From the NCBI GenBank assembly GCA_008369845.1, contig MRSU01002690.1, positions 57,305-77,304 of the forward strand: 20,000 nucleotides of DNA. Reading direction: 5' to 3'. This document shows, piece after piece, positions 17,563-20,000 of the stretch (position 1 is the stretch's first letter; each line of letters opens with the position of its first letter). The notes beneath the pieces are model-generated. The model was not told where the DNA came from and did no database searches. It saw only the letters and a list, made by a program, of their open reading frames with translations. Origin of the DNA: Trichomonas gallinae (lineage: Eukaryota). The translations under genes were made by a program, and so were the position numbers.

Positions 17563-18546
17563 TTATATTGTAATCTTTCTCATTCTCCTGTGTAAAGATG
17601 GGATGACCAAAGATGGGCTGAACGATGATATCTGTGGTGGTGGACTTTCGCTGAGGATGAGAGACATTGGCCTCATCGCGCTGCCAACTTTTCTTAATTT
17701 CTTTGGTATGATTGTAGAGCTTGCAGAATTGCTTTCACAGCTTTTCAAGTAATCTCTTAACTGTTTAGCACTCCATCTTTCCTCGACATTTGGCTCTAAT
17801 GAGTGTTTGAGCAATGTTACAATTTGTGGACTGCAACCTGGAGGAAGCTCGTAGTTTGATGAGCATATCTGCGATAGCATCTCTATAATATTGTTTCCGT
17901 TGAATGGAAGCATTCCTCCTGTAACCATTTGGTATAATGTAACTCCAAAAGCCCAAATATCGGATTTAAATGAGTTATATGGCATCTTATGGAACATCTC
18001 TGGCGCCATGTATGCAACTGAACCGCCAAAAATAGTTGATTTCTCGTCTTTCCTCATGATCTGAGAAATTCCGAAATCAGCAAGCTTAACACGGTTAAAC
18101 TTGTCAATAAATATATTGCTAGGCTTAATATCATGATGGCTAATATTGTTAGAGTGAACATATGTCAATACTTCAAGAATCTGTCTTGCTAAAATGATAC
18201 ATTTATATGGTTCGATGGCTCCATTATCACGTATGTAATGTAATAAGTTACCACCTGAGCAGTACTCTAATACAAGAACATAGTAATCACCCTCAATGAA
18301 TCGATCATAGATGTTGATTACATTAGGATGCATTAATTTAGTAAGTGCATTGAGTTCTGAATAGAATGTAGTCTCATAACCCTTAGCATTGGCTTGCCCA
18401 TCTATTTTGATGACCTTGCATACAAAAGGAACTTTGTATTTCTCTGAGTCACATAGATAGCACTTAGAAAACGTTCCATGCCCTATTTCTTCTTTGATGC
18501 TATACCCATGCTTAGTGAGAAGTTCAATTAGCTTATCTGATTCCAT
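17563..18546 (-). CDS. CAMK-family Ser/Thr protein kinase
   Basis: First ATG at 18546 (MESDKL; the ORF track starts at a TTG at 18582), with Inr-like CCATT upstream. Motifs are IGHGTFSKC, VCK, SELNAL, HHDIKPSN, DFG, YMAPE and DIWAFG, with a Ser/Pro-rich tail. Confidence 0.92.
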   Translation of the reverse strand: MESDKLIELLTKHGYSIKEEIGHGTFSKCYLCDSEKYKVPFVCKVIKIDGQANAKGYETTFYSELNALTKLMHPNVINIYDRFIEGDYYVLVLEYCSGGNLLHYIRDNGAIEPYKCIILARQILEVLTYVHSNNISHHDIKPSNIFIDKFNRVKLADFGISQIMRKDEKSTIFGGSVAYMAPEMFHKMPYNSFKSDIWAFGVTLYQMVTGGMLPFNGNNIIEMLSQICSSNYELPPGCSPQIVTLLKHSLEPNVEERWSAKQLRDYLKSCESNSASSTIIPKKLRKVGSAMRPMSLILSESPPPQISSFSPSLVIPSLHRRMRKITI

Positions 18547-20000
18547 TAATATAAAAAATGGCCCTTTTCTATAATATTTCAAATCTACCGGAAGATTTAT
18601 TATTTGTTTTATTTAATTGTAGACCTCTAATGTGATGTTTATAAAACGAGCGTAAACAAAATCCAAAATCTTGATTGAAATATTTGAATAGAAAATGGTT
18701 TATTACGATGGGTTTTATTAATACAAAACTACTGCATTAGTGTCGTATTATATATATTTAATGTTTTTGAAAATTGAAAAGACTTCAGAAAAAAATGAGA
18801 AAGTTGTTAAAAGTGACAATTCTGGACTGTCTTTAAAGATATCACCAATATATAAACATCATAATTATGAAATAGAATATTTGAAATGACGATTATTTTC
18901 GTCTCAAAATTGAAATGTAAAACGATAGCTTTTTTTATAAAAATAAATATTCTTATATATCATTTTTCTATTAAATTTGAATTTTTTGGAAAATTTTTTA
19001 AACTTTCAAAATTAATCTATATTTCAACTCTATATAATATAATATCAATATTCATGCAAGAAAACCTGGAAATTAGTAATTATTTCATTAAATTGAATGT
19101 ATTGTCAGTCATTTTCGAGTGCCATTATATTCCATGCATGCATTAATATAATAATCGAGTAAAAGTCAATGGAAAGTAAAAGATTACAAAATTAATTCTG
19201 GGACAGAAATCGATAGAACGGGGATCTGTCTCATTAATAGCATATATGTATCCAATTTATGTTGTTTTCATGCAAAGACCGTCATTCCTCACAACTAAGA
19301 AAATTAACTCAATTTTCAATACGTTTGAGCGATGTTATCAGAAAAATATTCAAATATCCTGACCATAGTTCCTATGTAGCCGCACACTACATCGATAGAT
19401 TTAGTGTTTTGAAAAATTTAATTTTGAATATTTTATCTATCACGTTTTTGACTTGAATATAGTTTCTTTATACTGTATGCATCAAACATTTCGCTGTGTT
19501 TTCGAATTGAAAACAAAAGAGAAACCAATGATTAACTCAAAGACAAAACCTGCGTTAGAACACTTTTTTGATCAATCCTATGATATATTTGCTACCAATA
19601 ACATCATATGATGCGAAATTAATTCTATAAATTATCTCTATACATTTTTCAGTGATAAGGTTAAATAAAATGAAGCAGAATTGTTCGAAATAGAGAGTGG
19701 ATAAGACGATCATTTTGTTGTATATTCTGTATTCTTGTGCATCCTGTGCCGTTCTTTAAATGATGTTTTTCAATGATTAATTTCAAAATTTAGGATCGAA
19801 TACGGAAATTTTTATATGATTTATGTATTATTGGCTATATCTATGTGTAAAAACACTGTCTATGCATATCTCATGGCTTAATTGCATTGACAAACTTAAA
19901 AGATCGTGACATCGAGTTTCATAGAAGTGATTCAACTCGATTTTTTGCGAATTTCGAACTAATTTTGTGATAATTAGGATTGTTGATATGTGTGATTTAT

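Noticed and set aside
18547..20000. AT-rich 1.45-kb tail with small ORFs (18886, 19259) and an 8-bp inverted repeat (19911-19941)
   Set aside because: No coding signature, terminal repeat pair or RNA gene structure could be supported; a short inverted repeat is expected by chance.

Overview
AT-rich, apparently intron-free, gene-dense eukaryotic DNA. Gene content and promoter motifs point to a trichomonad (Trichomonas vaginalis-like); this is inferred, not database-checked. There are eight CDSs. (1) An axonemal inner-arm (DNAH6-like) dynein heavy chain on the minus strand (4992 to <1), missing from the ORF track because it runs off the window; its AAA1 catalytic motifs are degenerate. (2) An 856-aa fusion of a degenerate prokaryotic COG2403-type (cDPG synthetase/ArcE-like) P-loop module to a C-terminal NucC/DUF6602-like PD-(D/E)xK endonuclease with an intact active site; this is the most interesting item. 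(3) A CCDC42/CFAP73-like coiled-coil protein with no ATG ahead of its conserved N-terminus. (4) A membrane-anchored sphingomyelinase-like EEP protein with substituted catalytic residues. (5) An acylation-signal-bearing divergent kinase. (6) Meckelin/TMEM67. (7) An EGF-domain membrane protein that also appears to start at TTG. (8) A CAMK-type kinase. The three divergent promoters share a recurrent TTTACNTGWCA motif, in one case phased at 30-32 bp, and the dynein/NucC-fusion promoter holds a ~68-bp tandem duplication. Family assignments come from recalled motif alignments, not searches.
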